A stretch of DNA of 64,000 bases from Clostridia bacterium. GTDB lineage: Bacteria; Bacillota; Clostridia; Oscillospirales; CAG-382. The stretch lies in NCBI GenBank assembly GCA_017381715.1, contig JAFOBR010000013.1, positions 12,170 to 76,169 on the forward strand. Direction: 5' to 3'. Of the stretch, positions 7,355 through 17,300 are shown piece by piece. Below the pieces are notes generated by a model. It was not told the origin of the DNA. It worked only from the letters and a program-made list of their open reading frames with translations, and made no database searches. Both the position numbers and the translations under genes were made by a program. Every line of letters begins with the position of its first letter. Within the stretch, counting starts at the first letter, position 1.

Positions 7355-10246
7355 TTAAATTTGATTTCCGTCAGCGTCGAGCTTGATAAAGTCCTCAGCG
7401 CCGATAGTGTAGGAATTGCCGTCAACTTCAACGGTGGCTGCATTAAGGTCGTAGTTGATTATGAAGGAAATTCCGTTGCTGTAAGTTACCTTAACAACGT
7501 CATATTCGTCATCAAGGAACTGGTGATCAACGATATTCTCAGTCTTAACGTCTGCCAAAGCTTCGTTAAGTTCATTATAGGTTGTAACCATATCGTTAAG
7601 CCAGATGTTGTAACGAACGGAGTAGTAACCGGATACTTCGTACCAAGCGTTAAGTTTCTTAAGCTCGGAAGTGTTTTCCATAGCGAGTACGAAATAGGGG
7701 TTTGCGCCGTTTTCGATAGTTTTAAGTACGGTATAGCGGTAGTCACCTGCAAGGTTGATAGCTTCGCCGGTGTATTCGATATAGCCGTGAAGAACCATTC
7801 CGAGGAAAGGAACGCTGGTTGCGGAGTACTTGTAACCGGAGTCATCAAGAGCGATATTAACGATATCGGTAACATAGGGGAACGCATAAGCATTACCGCC
7901 GCTGATCATTACCTTGCCGTTATCTTCCTTTATCTGAGCAAAAAGCTTGGTGATAAGGGTCTTGTTGTCTTCGCGGTTGTAAGGTTCATCTTCATCAAAG
8001 TCGGAGGAAAGGGATTCGCCCAGTACGCCGACAGAAATGCTGCCTACATTGTAATCCTTGTAGTCATCCCAAGAGTTGGAATAGAACTTGTTCATTACAC
8101 TTGCAGAGATAATACCCATACCGGATCTGTCATATCCCTGGTAAAGTGCGCTGTAATACTGATGTCTTGCATAACGATCGTTAATAGTCTTTGCAAGATC
8201 GTCAGACTGAGAGAAGCCATCGAACCATCTGTCGTTATGAGCATAAACAAAGTCAAAATCGGGATACAGAGTAGCGCCGCTGGACTTTGCATACTCGATA
8301 AGCTTCTTAAAGCCTTCTTCGCCGCCGATAACTTTTTCAACCTTAACGCCATTGGGAACGGTATCACCGATACCGCCGTCCTGCCAGCCCATAAGTCTGA
8401 GCTTAACGTTGGAAATATCTGCGTCTTCGCCGAGAAGTTCAAGCATTTCGATTATCTTCTCAAAGCTTGCAAGAGAGTACATCTTATTAATGGGAACACC
8501 CATGAAGGAAGAAGATGCCTCAAGTGCGCAAAGGGTTTCGACATAGAGAGGAATATCTTTATGGGTTGTATCTTTGTCAATAGCAGTAAGAACGCCCTTA
8601 TTCTTGAGATACTGACGATAAATGTTTGCCATACCGGCAACGGAGGATTCTTCATCATTAAGAAGGAACACTCTGATCTTGTAATCCTTGGTGTACTTAC
8701 GGTCACATTCAACGGTCCAGGAAGAAGAGGAGCCGGCGGAAAGACCTGCATCAAGAGAAATGGTATCGGAAGGACGGGGGTTGATCGTACCGTAGCAAGA
8801 TACGAACATGTGAGTAGCACCGCCGTTTTCGATAGTAAGGTTAACCAGAGATTCACCTTCTTCAACGATTGCGAAGTAACCATTCTTGAGATACTTGGTA
8901 GTTTCTACCACTACCTCATTACCGTCTTCATCATATTCGGTGGTCTTAATCTTCTCTGTATAAGAGTTGTTCTTGGTCTCGATTATACCGAAAACAGGAA
9001 GTCTTACAGCCTGCTTGTTGGAGCCGCTGATTTCGCTGTAGGCATAGTCCTGACCGTAGATCTTGCTGGTATTCTTGAACTGACTGCCCATAATATCAGC
9101 AAAATTGATTATTGTACCGGAACCATCAGCAGAGAAAACGTAACCTTCGTTAGAAACAACGTTACCTGTACCTGCATAAGGCAGAATGCTGATGTTCTTC
9201 AAAGAATAAACGGAAGAGTCGAAACGAACGTTACCCATGTTACAACGGATAGAGAGTCCGTCTGCATCCAGCTTGTATTCCAGAGCGAGTTTGAACTGTG
9301 CGGGAGCTGCGTCCTTGTTTACATATTCAACTTCGTCGTGGTCGATCTGGAGCTGTTCAAGAGAGTAATCGGTATACATCTTCAACCAGCCTTCAAGAGT
9401 CTTAAGCTCCTGAACGGAGATTGCAGGTTCACAAACAGCTATAGGGAACTGTTCGCAGATAGGATACTTTTTCTTGTATTCTTCTTTACTCTTATCGGAA
9501 ATGTGAGGATCGTTTACGTCCTTAATAGTATAGAAGGACTCAAAACGGTTAGCGGGTCTGGTTTCTGTGCAGTTGGTTCTGATCTGCTCAAGCAAAGCCT
9601 GGAATTTTTCAAGCTTAATAACACGAGGAACCATATATGTGTTTTCTGCACGACCAAGCTTATATTCAACACGGATACCGTTTGCGATCTTCTTAACGGT
9701 AATCTGATTGTTTTTCGCAGAATCCTTATAAGAAGTCATTTCGTTTTCGGTGTTGCTGGAGCTCTTATCAACGTACTTTATAATAATCTGAGAATAAAGC
9801 AACTGCTTGATAGAGTCGGTAGAAGCTTGCTTGGAGGGGTTGGTACTTGCACCCGCATTATAGGGGTTGGAGCACCAGTAAGACTGATAGTAATAAATAC
9901 CGTCTGCACCGTATTCGAATTTGCCGTCTACGGGGTCTTTACAGCGGAGAACGATAACTTCACCGGTAAGCTTATCTACATACATTGCGTAAGGAATAGC
10001 TACGGTAGGTTCAAGATAAAGTTCAAGTGCATCAAGAGAGGTGTTACCAAGAATTCTTGATTTTACGCTGGAAAAGCTTACAGACATATATGCGGGACCT
10101 TTAGTATCCCAGATATCAACGTCTTTGCTTTCTTCCTCATCCCCTTCCGCAGCAAATGCGAAAAGACCGGATACGGAAGAAATTACAGGCAGGCAGAGCA
10201 GCAAGCAGAGTGCAAATGCCAGTATTGATTTGAAGAATTTACTCAT
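7355..10246 (-). CDS. Large secreted protein of unknown function, possibly DUF5696-like with a glycoside-hydrolase-like barrel region
   Basis: The protein is 963 aa with signal peptide MSKFFKSILAFALCLLLCLPVISSVSGLFAFA. The C-terminal third (...LRLMGWQDGGIGDTVP...ATLYPDFDFVY...SISVGVLGESL...) alternates beta-strand and helix like a TIM-barrel hydrolase. The family assignment is from memory and is not verified. Confidence 0.75.
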   Translation of the reverse strand: MSKFFKSILAFALCLLLCLPVISSVSGLFAFAAEGDEEESKDVDIWDTKGPAYMSVSFSSVKSRILGNTSLDALELYLEPTVAIPYAMYVDKLTGEVIVLRCKDPVDGKFEYGADGIYYYQSYWCSNPYNAGASTNPSKQASTDSIKQLLYSQIIIKYVDKSSSNTENEMTSYKDSAKNNQITVKKIANGIRVEYKLGRAENTYMVPRVIKLEKFQALLEQIRTNCTETRPANRFESFYTIKDVNDPHISDKSKEEYKKKYPICEQFPIAVCEPAISVQELKTLEGWLKMYTDYSLEQLQIDHDEVEYVNKDAAPAQFKLALEYKLDADGLSIRCNMGNVRFDSSVYSLKNISILPYAGTGNVVSNEGYVFSADGSGTIINFADIMGSQFKNTSKIYGQDYAYSEISGSNKQAVRLPVFGIIETKNNSYTEKIKTTEYDEDGNEVVVETTKYLKNGYFAIVEEGESLVNLTIENGGATHMFVSCYGTINPRPSDTISLDAGLSAGSSSSWTVECDRKYTKDYKIRVFLLNDEESSVAGMANIYRQYLKNKGVLTAIDKDTTHKDIPLYVETLCALEASSSFMGVPINKMYSLASFEKIIEMLELLGEDADISNVKLRLMGWQDGGIGDTVPNGVKVEKVIGGEEGFKKLIEYAKSSGATLYPDFDFVYAHNDRWFDGFSQSDDLAKTINDRYARHQYYSALYQGYDRSGMGIISASVMNKFYSNSWDDYKDYNVGSISVGVLGESLSSDFDEDEPYNREDNKTLITKLFAQIKEDNGKVMISGGNAYAFPYVTDIVNIALDDSGYKYSATSVPFLGMVLHGYIEYTGEAINLAGDYRYTVLKTIENGANPYFVLAMENTSELKKLNAWYEVSGYYSVRYNIWLNDMVTTYNELNEALADVKTENIVDHQFLDDEYDVVKVTYSNGISFIINYDLNAATVEVDGNSYTIGAEDFIKLDADGNQI

Positions 10247-10261
10247 ATTGCTACTCCTTTC

Positions 10262-12421
10262 TTATGACCATCTGTATGACAGCTCTGCGTAGATATTGTA
10301 GAAGAAGGTAAATACTCTTCCAAGCAAGCTGGTGAACAGAACGGCTACGAACATTACAAACATCATAAAGATGATTGTTGCAACAGTGATAATAATATTT
10401 TTAAACAGACCGTAATCGTGGATTACCATCATACCGAAGAACCAGAGCAGTGCTGTCCAGCCCCAAGCAATAGTCTCGATCATAGTAAGGATACCCTGTT
10501 CGCTCAAAGTAACGAAGTTGGATACCATAACTGTGGGAAGAACGAGCATTACAACGGGAAGCAAAGAATAGCAGGTTGCAATGTAAACGTCGGCAAGGCT
10601 GCCTTCACCGTCAAACAAAGTGGTAAGACACCAGTTGGAAACGGTAAGCAAAACTACGGGAAGCACGATGGAGCTTATCTGAATAACGTAGTTAACGCCG
10701 GTTCCTTCATATTTATTATAAAGGAAGCCTCTACCTACAGACTGGTAAACGAATGTGAACACAGTAAGAAGCAGAATAATGGTAGCGCCTCGTACAGAAC
10801 CGCGTTTTTCGTGCTTGAGGTCCCAGAAGCCGTCAAAGGGATGTACTATAACGTGGAAGCCATAGCAAACCTCTTCGTACCACTTGCGCTTTTCGGAATA
10901 CTTAAGACCGGCAGCATTAACCTTGTTAACCCACTTAGCAAACATCAAAACAGCAACAAGAACTACTACGATAATAAGAGCAAGTATCCAAAGGTTGGAT
11001 TCCATCCAATCCTTACGGTAGTGCTGATATGCTTCGGAATAGCTTTCCTGATCGTATGCGTACTTGTAGTACTGCATTGCGGTAATGTAGTCGCCTTCAC
11101 GATACTTTGCGTCACCGATTGCGATATACGCCTGGTCAAAGTTGTTGTTTCTCTGAAGAATACCCATGTAGTAGTCAACAGAAGCGGCATAGTCACCGTC
11201 TTCAATAGACTGTACAGCGGATATAAGCAAATCACCATACTCGGTGCGCTTGTAAATAGTGATGGAGTTGGTACTCTCATCAAGGAGAAGCATATAGGAA
11301 CCCTGGTAATCCATTGCGGTAAGACGCTGGATATTACCAAACTGATCACCCATATCACCGAAAGCAAACAGTAAGTTACCGTTGCTGTCATAAGTAAATA
11401 CGCGGCTACGCTTCTGGTCGATGATGGACCAGGTATTTGCTTCACCGAGAGCAACGTCTACGATAGTAGAGTTACCGGTTACGGTGTAATCTGTGCTGTT
11501 AGTAGAGGTAACGGTAACTTCACCGGACGGCGGATGGAAACCGTTTCTGTTAAGAACGTCACTTCCCTTGGGGTTGAGCTTCTTAATAGGAACCTGGGTA
11601 GTATCTGCACTCTGAGTTGCATATACAAATCCGTCTGCGTCGATAGTGATGTTATTGTACTCGATAGAAACAACAGATGCACTTGCGTCTATCTGAGCCT
11701 GAGTCTGGAAGTTTCTCCAGAACATATCCCAAGCATTTGCCTGCTGGGTAATAGCACCTACGAATCCGTTGAAGGAACCATCACGGTTAAGAGAAATAAT
11801 ACCGTAGTTGGTAGCCTTACCTACAACGTAAATACGTCCTGCAGAGTCAACTGCAACTGCGGAAGGCTTGTAAACGGAGTTTTCGGGCATAACTTCGGAA
11901 ACGGGTTCGTGAACGATATCTCTGAAGTTACCAAGCTTATCGAAAATAACGATACGGGATTTTTCGGTATCTGCAACGTAGATTTCTGTATCGGTTGCAA
12001 ATACGCCTTCGGGTGAAGCCAAAGTATCGGGAACACCCTGGTCATTTACGAATTCCTTAATGATAAGGTGGAGACGATACTGTTCATCAAGAATTACTAT
12101 ACGGCTGTTGCCGGTATCGGCAATGTATACGTAATTGAGATCGTCTACAAAAACATCCTTAGGTGTTGCAAGAGCACCGAAATCCTCGGCAGAATATTTA
12201 GCAGAGGCAGGATTGGATTCATTAAGAGATGCGAGCAAAGAAGCGGTAGTAATCTGCTTATAGGGAACGTAAACATCGGGGCTTTCCTGCATGAAAGCGT
12301 CTATATCATAAGTATAAGTGGTATAGGGAACGCTTGCGTTTGCAGTAATCGGAAGAGTGAATGCGCCTATAAGAAGGAAGCAGACACAAAAGAGGAGAGA
12401 TTTTGTAAGTATTCTTTTCAT
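10262..12421 (-). CDS. Signal peptide + NHL-repeat beta-propeller + TPR-like segment + C-terminal Yip1-type polytopic membrane domain
   Basis: The protein is 719 aa. NHL-like repeats include VYIADTGNSRIVILD, IYVADTEKSRIVIFD and GRIYVVGKATNYGIISLNRDG. A TPR-like segment reads ...GDAKYREGDYITAMQYYKYAYD.... A TM helix follows, then a ~230-aa domain with five TM helices resembling Yip1/DUF1282. Confidence 0.85.
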   Translation of the reverse strand: MKRILTKSLLFCVCFLLIGAFTLPITANASVPYTTYTYDIDAFMQESPDVYVPYKQITTASLLASLNESNPASAKYSAEDFGALATPKDVFVDDLNYVYIADTGNSRIVILDEQYRLHLIIKEFVNDQGVPDTLASPEGVFATDTEIYVADTEKSRIVIFDKLGNFRDIVHEPVSEVMPENSVYKPSAVAVDSAGRIYVVGKATNYGIISLNRDGSFNGFVGAITQQANAWDMFWRNFQTQAQIDASASVVSIEYNNITIDADGFVYATQSADTTQVPIKKLNPKGSDVLNRNGFHPPSGEVTVTSTNSTDYTVTGNSTIVDVALGEANTWSIIDQKRSRVFTYDSNGNLLFAFGDMGDQFGNIQRLTAMDYQGSYMLLLDESTNSITIYKRTEYGDLLISAVQSIEDGDYAASVDYYMGILQRNNNFDQAYIAIGDAKYREGDYITAMQYYKYAYDQESYSEAYQHYRKDWMESNLWILALIIVVVLVAVLMFAKWVNKVNAAGLKYSEKRKWYEEVCYGFHVIVHPFDGFWDLKHEKRGSVRGATIILLLTVFTFVYQSVGRGFLYNKYEGTGVNYVIQISSIVLPVVLLTVSNWCLTTLFDGEGSLADVYIATCYSLLPVVMLVLPTVMVSNFVTLSEQGILTMIETIAWGWTALLWFFGMMVIHDYGLFKNIIITVATIIFMMFVMFVAVLFTSLLGRVFTFFYNIYAELSYRWS

Positions 12422-12438
12422 ATAATATATCTCCTCTC

Positions 12439-13356
12439 TTAGTCTTTCATGCCCGAAGTGGACATTGTCTGAATAACGTTACTCTGTGTAATATAGAATA
12501 CTGCACAAGGTACGATCATCATTACCACGGTAGAAGCGGCAGATACACCGGTACGTGCAACACCACTGGTTACCAACTGGCTGATCGCGTAGTTAAAGGT
12601 TTTAAGTTCTTCGCTGTAAATATAGGTGCTGGCGCCGGAGTTCCACAGATCCTTGAAAGCAAAGATAATAAGTGTGATCCAAGCGGGCTTAACCATAGGC
12701 ATTGCGATCTTCCAGAAAATTCTGAACTCCCCTGCACCGTCGATACGAGCGGATTCGAGAACAGCGTCTGTAACGGAGGATTCCATAAACTGCTTCATAA
12801 GGTACAGACCGAAGGTTGTACAGCAAGCAGGAATTATAACTGCCCAATATTTGTCTATCATCTTAAGATAGCTCATAAGAAGGAAGTTAGTAATACCGGT
12901 AACGGTAGAGTTAAACATCAAAGAGTAAACTATGGTCTGGAACAGCATGTTTCTTCCGGGGAACGGAATCTTTGCGATCGCGTATGCAGCGAAAGAAGAC
13001 AGAATTACGTTACCAAACGTACCGGATACGGAAATAAGAACCGTATTAAAGATGTATCTGGAGAAAGGTACCCAAGAATCTCCCATCAATCTGAACAGGT
13101 CAACGAAGTTATCGATAACCCATCTGTTGGGGAAGAAGTGAGGGGGGAACAGCCAAAGCTCATCAAGAGGCTTAAATGACTGACCGAGAGCGTATATTAC
13201 GGGCAAAGACATTGCCAACGCACATATAATAAGGAAAAACAATACGCCAAAGTCACCGCCGGCAGAACGGTTTATAGAACGTTTAAACTGCTCTTTGGGC
13301 TGCTTGCCTTTTGCAACGCGGCGCATTTCTATTTTCTCGGAAAGTTTTTTGAACAT
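12439..13356 (-). CDS. ABC transporter permease (MalG-like, CUT1-type)
   Basis: The protein is 305 aa, with EAA loop ...VLESARIDGAGEFRIFWKIAMPMVKP.... Confidence 0.9.
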   Translation of the reverse strand: MFKKLSEKIEMRRVAKGKQPKEQFKRSINRSAGGDFGVLFFLIICALAMSLPVIYALGQSFKPLDELWLFPPHFFPNRWVIDNFVDLFRLMGDSWVPFSRYIFNTVLISVSGTFGNVILSSFAAYAIAKIPFPGRNMLFQTIVYSLMFNSTVTGITNFLLMSYLKMIDKYWAVIIPACCTTFGLYLMKQFMESSVTDAVLESARIDGAGEFRIFWKIAMPMVKPAWITLIIFAFKDLWNSGASTYIYSEELKTFNYAISQLVTSGVARTGVSAASTVVMMIVPCAVFYITQSNVIQTMSTSGMKD

Positions 13357-13358
13357 AA

Positions 13359-14297
13359 TTATGAACCTACCTTTCTGAGAATTCGAGGGATCAACAGGTT
13401 ACAACCGATCATCATAAAGAACAGTATGGTTGCAATTGCGGAAGCGTAACCCATTTCGTAACGGGCTCCGCCGTAGTCATCAAGATGGTGCATTATGGTA
13501 TGTACGCAGTAGTCGGGAGACGGGAAGCCAACGAGAGCTGTAATAACGCCGCCGAAACCGAAAGCACCGGTGATGGAGAGAATTGCGGAAAGCATCATCT
13601 GAGGACGCATGGAAGGAAGGGTGATATACCAAAGTTCCTGCCAACGGTTCTTGATACCGTCGATAGCGCCTGCTTCGTAAAGGTCTTTATTAACAACCTG
13701 GAAACCTGCGATAAAGGTAAGGAAGCTGGTACCCAAAGAGGTCCACAATGCTACTACGATGATGAGGGGGAAGATGGTATCGGTATCCTGGAACCAAAGT
13801 TTAGGCTCGTTTATAATACCGAATTCGATAAGGTAAGCGTTCACGAAACCGTATTGGTCGCTGGAGAAGAACACTGCCCAGATAAGATATACCGCACCGG
13901 AAATAGAAGGAGCGTAGAATATCAAGGTAAGGAAAGCACGAAGCTTGGGGCGGAGTTCGTTAATGAACCAAGCGAAGAAAAGTGAAAGCAAATAGGAAGC
14001 GGGGCCGGTAATTACAGCGAATATAAGGGTATTTTTGATAGCTGTAATAAACACTTCGTCATCAAACAGAAGTCGGATATAGTTATCAAAGAATACGAAT
14101 TCGGGGAACTCCAGCATATTGAACACTGTAAAGCTCAATACTACGGACAAAACAACAGGAACGACATAGAACATGATAAAGAGTATAAAGAAGGGTGCAA
14201 CCATAAGATAAGCTACCTTATGTTTCTTTATCTCGTTCAAAGTCCAACTGAATCTGGAAATGTCTTTCCTGACGACAGCTTGTTCTTTTTTAGCCAT
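13359..14297 (-). CDS. ABC transporter permease (MalF-like, CUT1-type)
   Basis: The protein is 312 aa, with EAA loop ...LYEAGAIDGIKNRWQELWYITLPSMRP.... Confidence 0.9.
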   Translation of the reverse strand: MAKKEQAVVRKDISRFSWTLNEIKKHKVAYLMVAPFFILFIMFYVVPVVLSVVLSFTVFNMLEFPEFVFFDNYIRLLFDDEVFITAIKNTLIFAVITGPASYLLSLFFAWFINELRPKLRAFLTLIFYAPSISGAVYLIWAVFFSSDQYGFVNAYLIEFGIINEPKLWFQDTDTIFPLIIVVALWTSLGTSFLTFIAGFQVVNKDLYEAGAIDGIKNRWQELWYITLPSMRPQMMLSAILSITGAFGFGGVITALVGFPSPDYCVHTIMHHLDDYGGARYEMGYASAIATILFFMMIGCNLLIPRILRKVGS

Positions 14298-14317
14298 TAG
14301 ATAATTCCCTCCTTTAA

Positions 14318-17300
14318 TTATTTATCATCTGCTACGGAACCAAGTTCTTTAAAGGTTTCCGTGGTAGGAAGATCGAACTCCTGACGCTTACGTGTAAGCT
14401 CTGCGTTGATATCGTCGAGGTAAGAACGCATTTTTTCTACAGGGTTGTCATCGTTGTTATAAGCGCCCAAGAATGCGAAGTTGGTGAAACGGCCGATAAT
14501 GTAAGAACCGGGATATTCGGGAGTACACTCAACTGCGTTAAACTGTGCTACCAGGTTATCAAGCTCGTCCTTAGACCAGCTCATCTTCTGAAGCGCTTCA
14601 ATATTTGCGGTGGAGTATTTAGCAGAAGGACCGAGCAGAGCAATCTTTTCGTTACCGAAGGTAGACTGAACATCTGCGCTGGACCACCACTGCATAAATG
14701 TCCAAGCGGAAAGTGCATTTTTCTCGTTTGCACCTCTCATCATAATAAGAGAGGAAACAGCTGCGATAGTGCTGTTATTGATAGTTTCGGTCTCGGGATC
14801 GAAAGTACCGGGCAGAGGAGTGAATTCCCACAAACCGGAAATTTCGGGAGCAAAGATTACCATAGTATTATATGTAGAGGTGTAATCTGCTATTGCCAAA
14901 GGCATAATACCCTGACGGAAACGGGTAGCAATACTGTAAGAATAGGGGAAGTCGTAATCGGTGAACAGTTCGCAAACCTTCTTGAAGGTTTCAAGCATTG
15001 TGTTGCTTCCCAGGTTGATCTCCATACCGTCGATCTTGGGACGAACTTTACCGCTTGCATCGGTGTATACCCAGCCCATTTCAACCAGTTCGTCCATGGT
15101 ATACTGAGTAAGAAGTTGATTAAGATATGCATCATATTCTTCATCGGTATAAGTTACGAACAGGTCGTCATTCTGCTGATATGCCCAAATGAAGGAGCCG
15201 CCGGTACCCTGAGGGAAGCCGATATCAAGAGAATTGGACTGCATGGTGTAAATGAGGTCATAGAAATCTTCCCAAGTGTTGGGAACTTCCAAGCCGAGTT
15301 CTACAAACAAGTCTTTTCTGTAGAACATCATAGAGAAGGACATGGTATCTGCAATACCGTAAGCTTCACCATAGAGAGTGAAAGGAACCATTGCAGCAGG
15401 AGCGAAACGCTTTGTTACTTCGTCAAACGTTGCGATATCATCAATAAATTCACCATATACGGGGTGATCAGCCCACTTGGAAAGATCATTGAAGTTATAA
15501 CCGTGAGCTTCGCTGTTGAGAGAGTAAACAGCAGAACGGATAGCAAAGTTAACAGGGTCACTCTGACCTGCGCCCATATATACGTCGGGACCGGTACCTG
15601 CAAGAGTTGCGGGAAGCAAAGTGCCACCTACAACCAGCTTAACGGTTACGGGGATGCTGTAACGTTCGTTGAAGGAATCGTCTACCAGGTTACGGATAAT
15701 AGTAGCTTCTTCACGGGAGTTAGCGGTCCATACTTCGATAGCACATTCCTGAAGAGCTTCATCGGAGTAATCCTTTTCTACGAGAGAACCGATAGAGTTA
15801 TAATCTGCAGAGAAGGAACCGAAGAACTTAAGGATTTCTGCCCACATGGAAGCAAAGAATCCTGCTTCTGCCTTGGGAGCCTTTGCGTCGACAGCCTGGA
15901 ATGCTACATAGTCAAGAAGCAGAGGCTGAGAAGTGTTATCGGAAAGCCAAGTACCGAGGGTTGCGGTATATTCCTTAAGAGTGTTCATATAGCCGGCGAT
16001 TTCGGAGGGGTGTTTACCCATACGCTCAACTATAACTGCAACCTTCTTAAGAGTACCGGTCTGGTCGCCGGCACTACCGGAAATAAGGATAATCTCTTCA
16101 GCGATCTGATTAAGATTTTCTGCCTCTTCCTTAAAGCCCTTGAGTACATCGGGAATAAGCTTCTGGAACTTATAGTCACGAGTATCATCAGGTTCTGCAC
16201 CGGTGATCATGAGTATTTTTCTGTAGTATTCGTTAAGGTTGGAAAGAGAATCGGAAACGCGGCCGAGAATATCGGACATATCACCGAGAACAACCTGGAA
16301 ACGAATGGTATGTATACCCTCTTCAAGATAGAACTTGAAATTGGTTACGCCGTTGTTAAGAACATCGGTACGCCAAGAAGTGGAGTAGTTAAATCTGAGG
16401 TTCTGTGCTTCTTCAAAGGGAAGCTCGCCATCGATAAGAATCTTTCTGGAAACGAATGAGCCCATAAACTCTTCCTGCTTGGAACGAGGAATTATGGAAT
16501 AGAATCCGGATTCTTTAACATCGATAGTGTACTCTATCCACTGGCCTACGTACTGCCACTTATTAGAACCGATACTGTTGTAACGGATAAGAGTGGAATC
16601 CTGAGGTTCGGAAACAGAGGACTTACGATCGTTTATCTGATACAGAGTACGGTCGGAAGTAAGAACGGGATACTCAGCCTGAATCTTGAGAGTTTCGCCG
16701 GTGTAGTCCTTTGCGCCAGCTGCGGTATGCTTAGCGATGTATTCATCGTAAGTCAAAGTATCGGAAGCAGCTTTAAGAACTATCTTCTTGATAGCCATAG
16801 GCTCGGTAATAGTCTCAATATTAAGGGTGTGAGCACCTTCGGTGAGATAATATTTGAGAGGGTTGGGATAGTATCCGCTGGTGTCGTAAGCAAAGGATCC
16901 GGTCCACATACCGTAGATCTCTTTGGTGGGCTTTGCTTCGTTGCCATTGGTATCATACGGGAAGAGACGATCGCTGTCGGGAGACATATTCGCCTGATCG
17001 CGCACGAAATCAAGGAAGAAATCGCTTACGGAATCGAAGTAGGATTTAGACTTATCATCTTCGATCTTGGTGTAAACATCCTTCCACGCACGGGTGAATG
17101 TAAGAGAACGGGATTCCTTGAAGGAAACCGATTCGTCAAAGTAAATAATACGTTCGATATCTGCAGATTTACCGACAGCGGCAACCGCACCGGAAGCATC
17201 GAGTACTTCGATATCGCCGGTCCAGTATTCGATATAAACAGAATACATAGCCGTTTCGGGAACGTCGATATCAAACACGATCTTACCGTCATCGCCCATC

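Noticed and set aside
7361-10060. An 899-aa + strand ORF opposite the 963-aa secreted-protein gene.
   Set aside because: It is a codon-aligned shadow: 7361 and 7355 are both 2 mod 3. The minus-strand product has a clean signal peptide and fits the operon, while the + product is repetitive V/I/F/N-rich nonsense.
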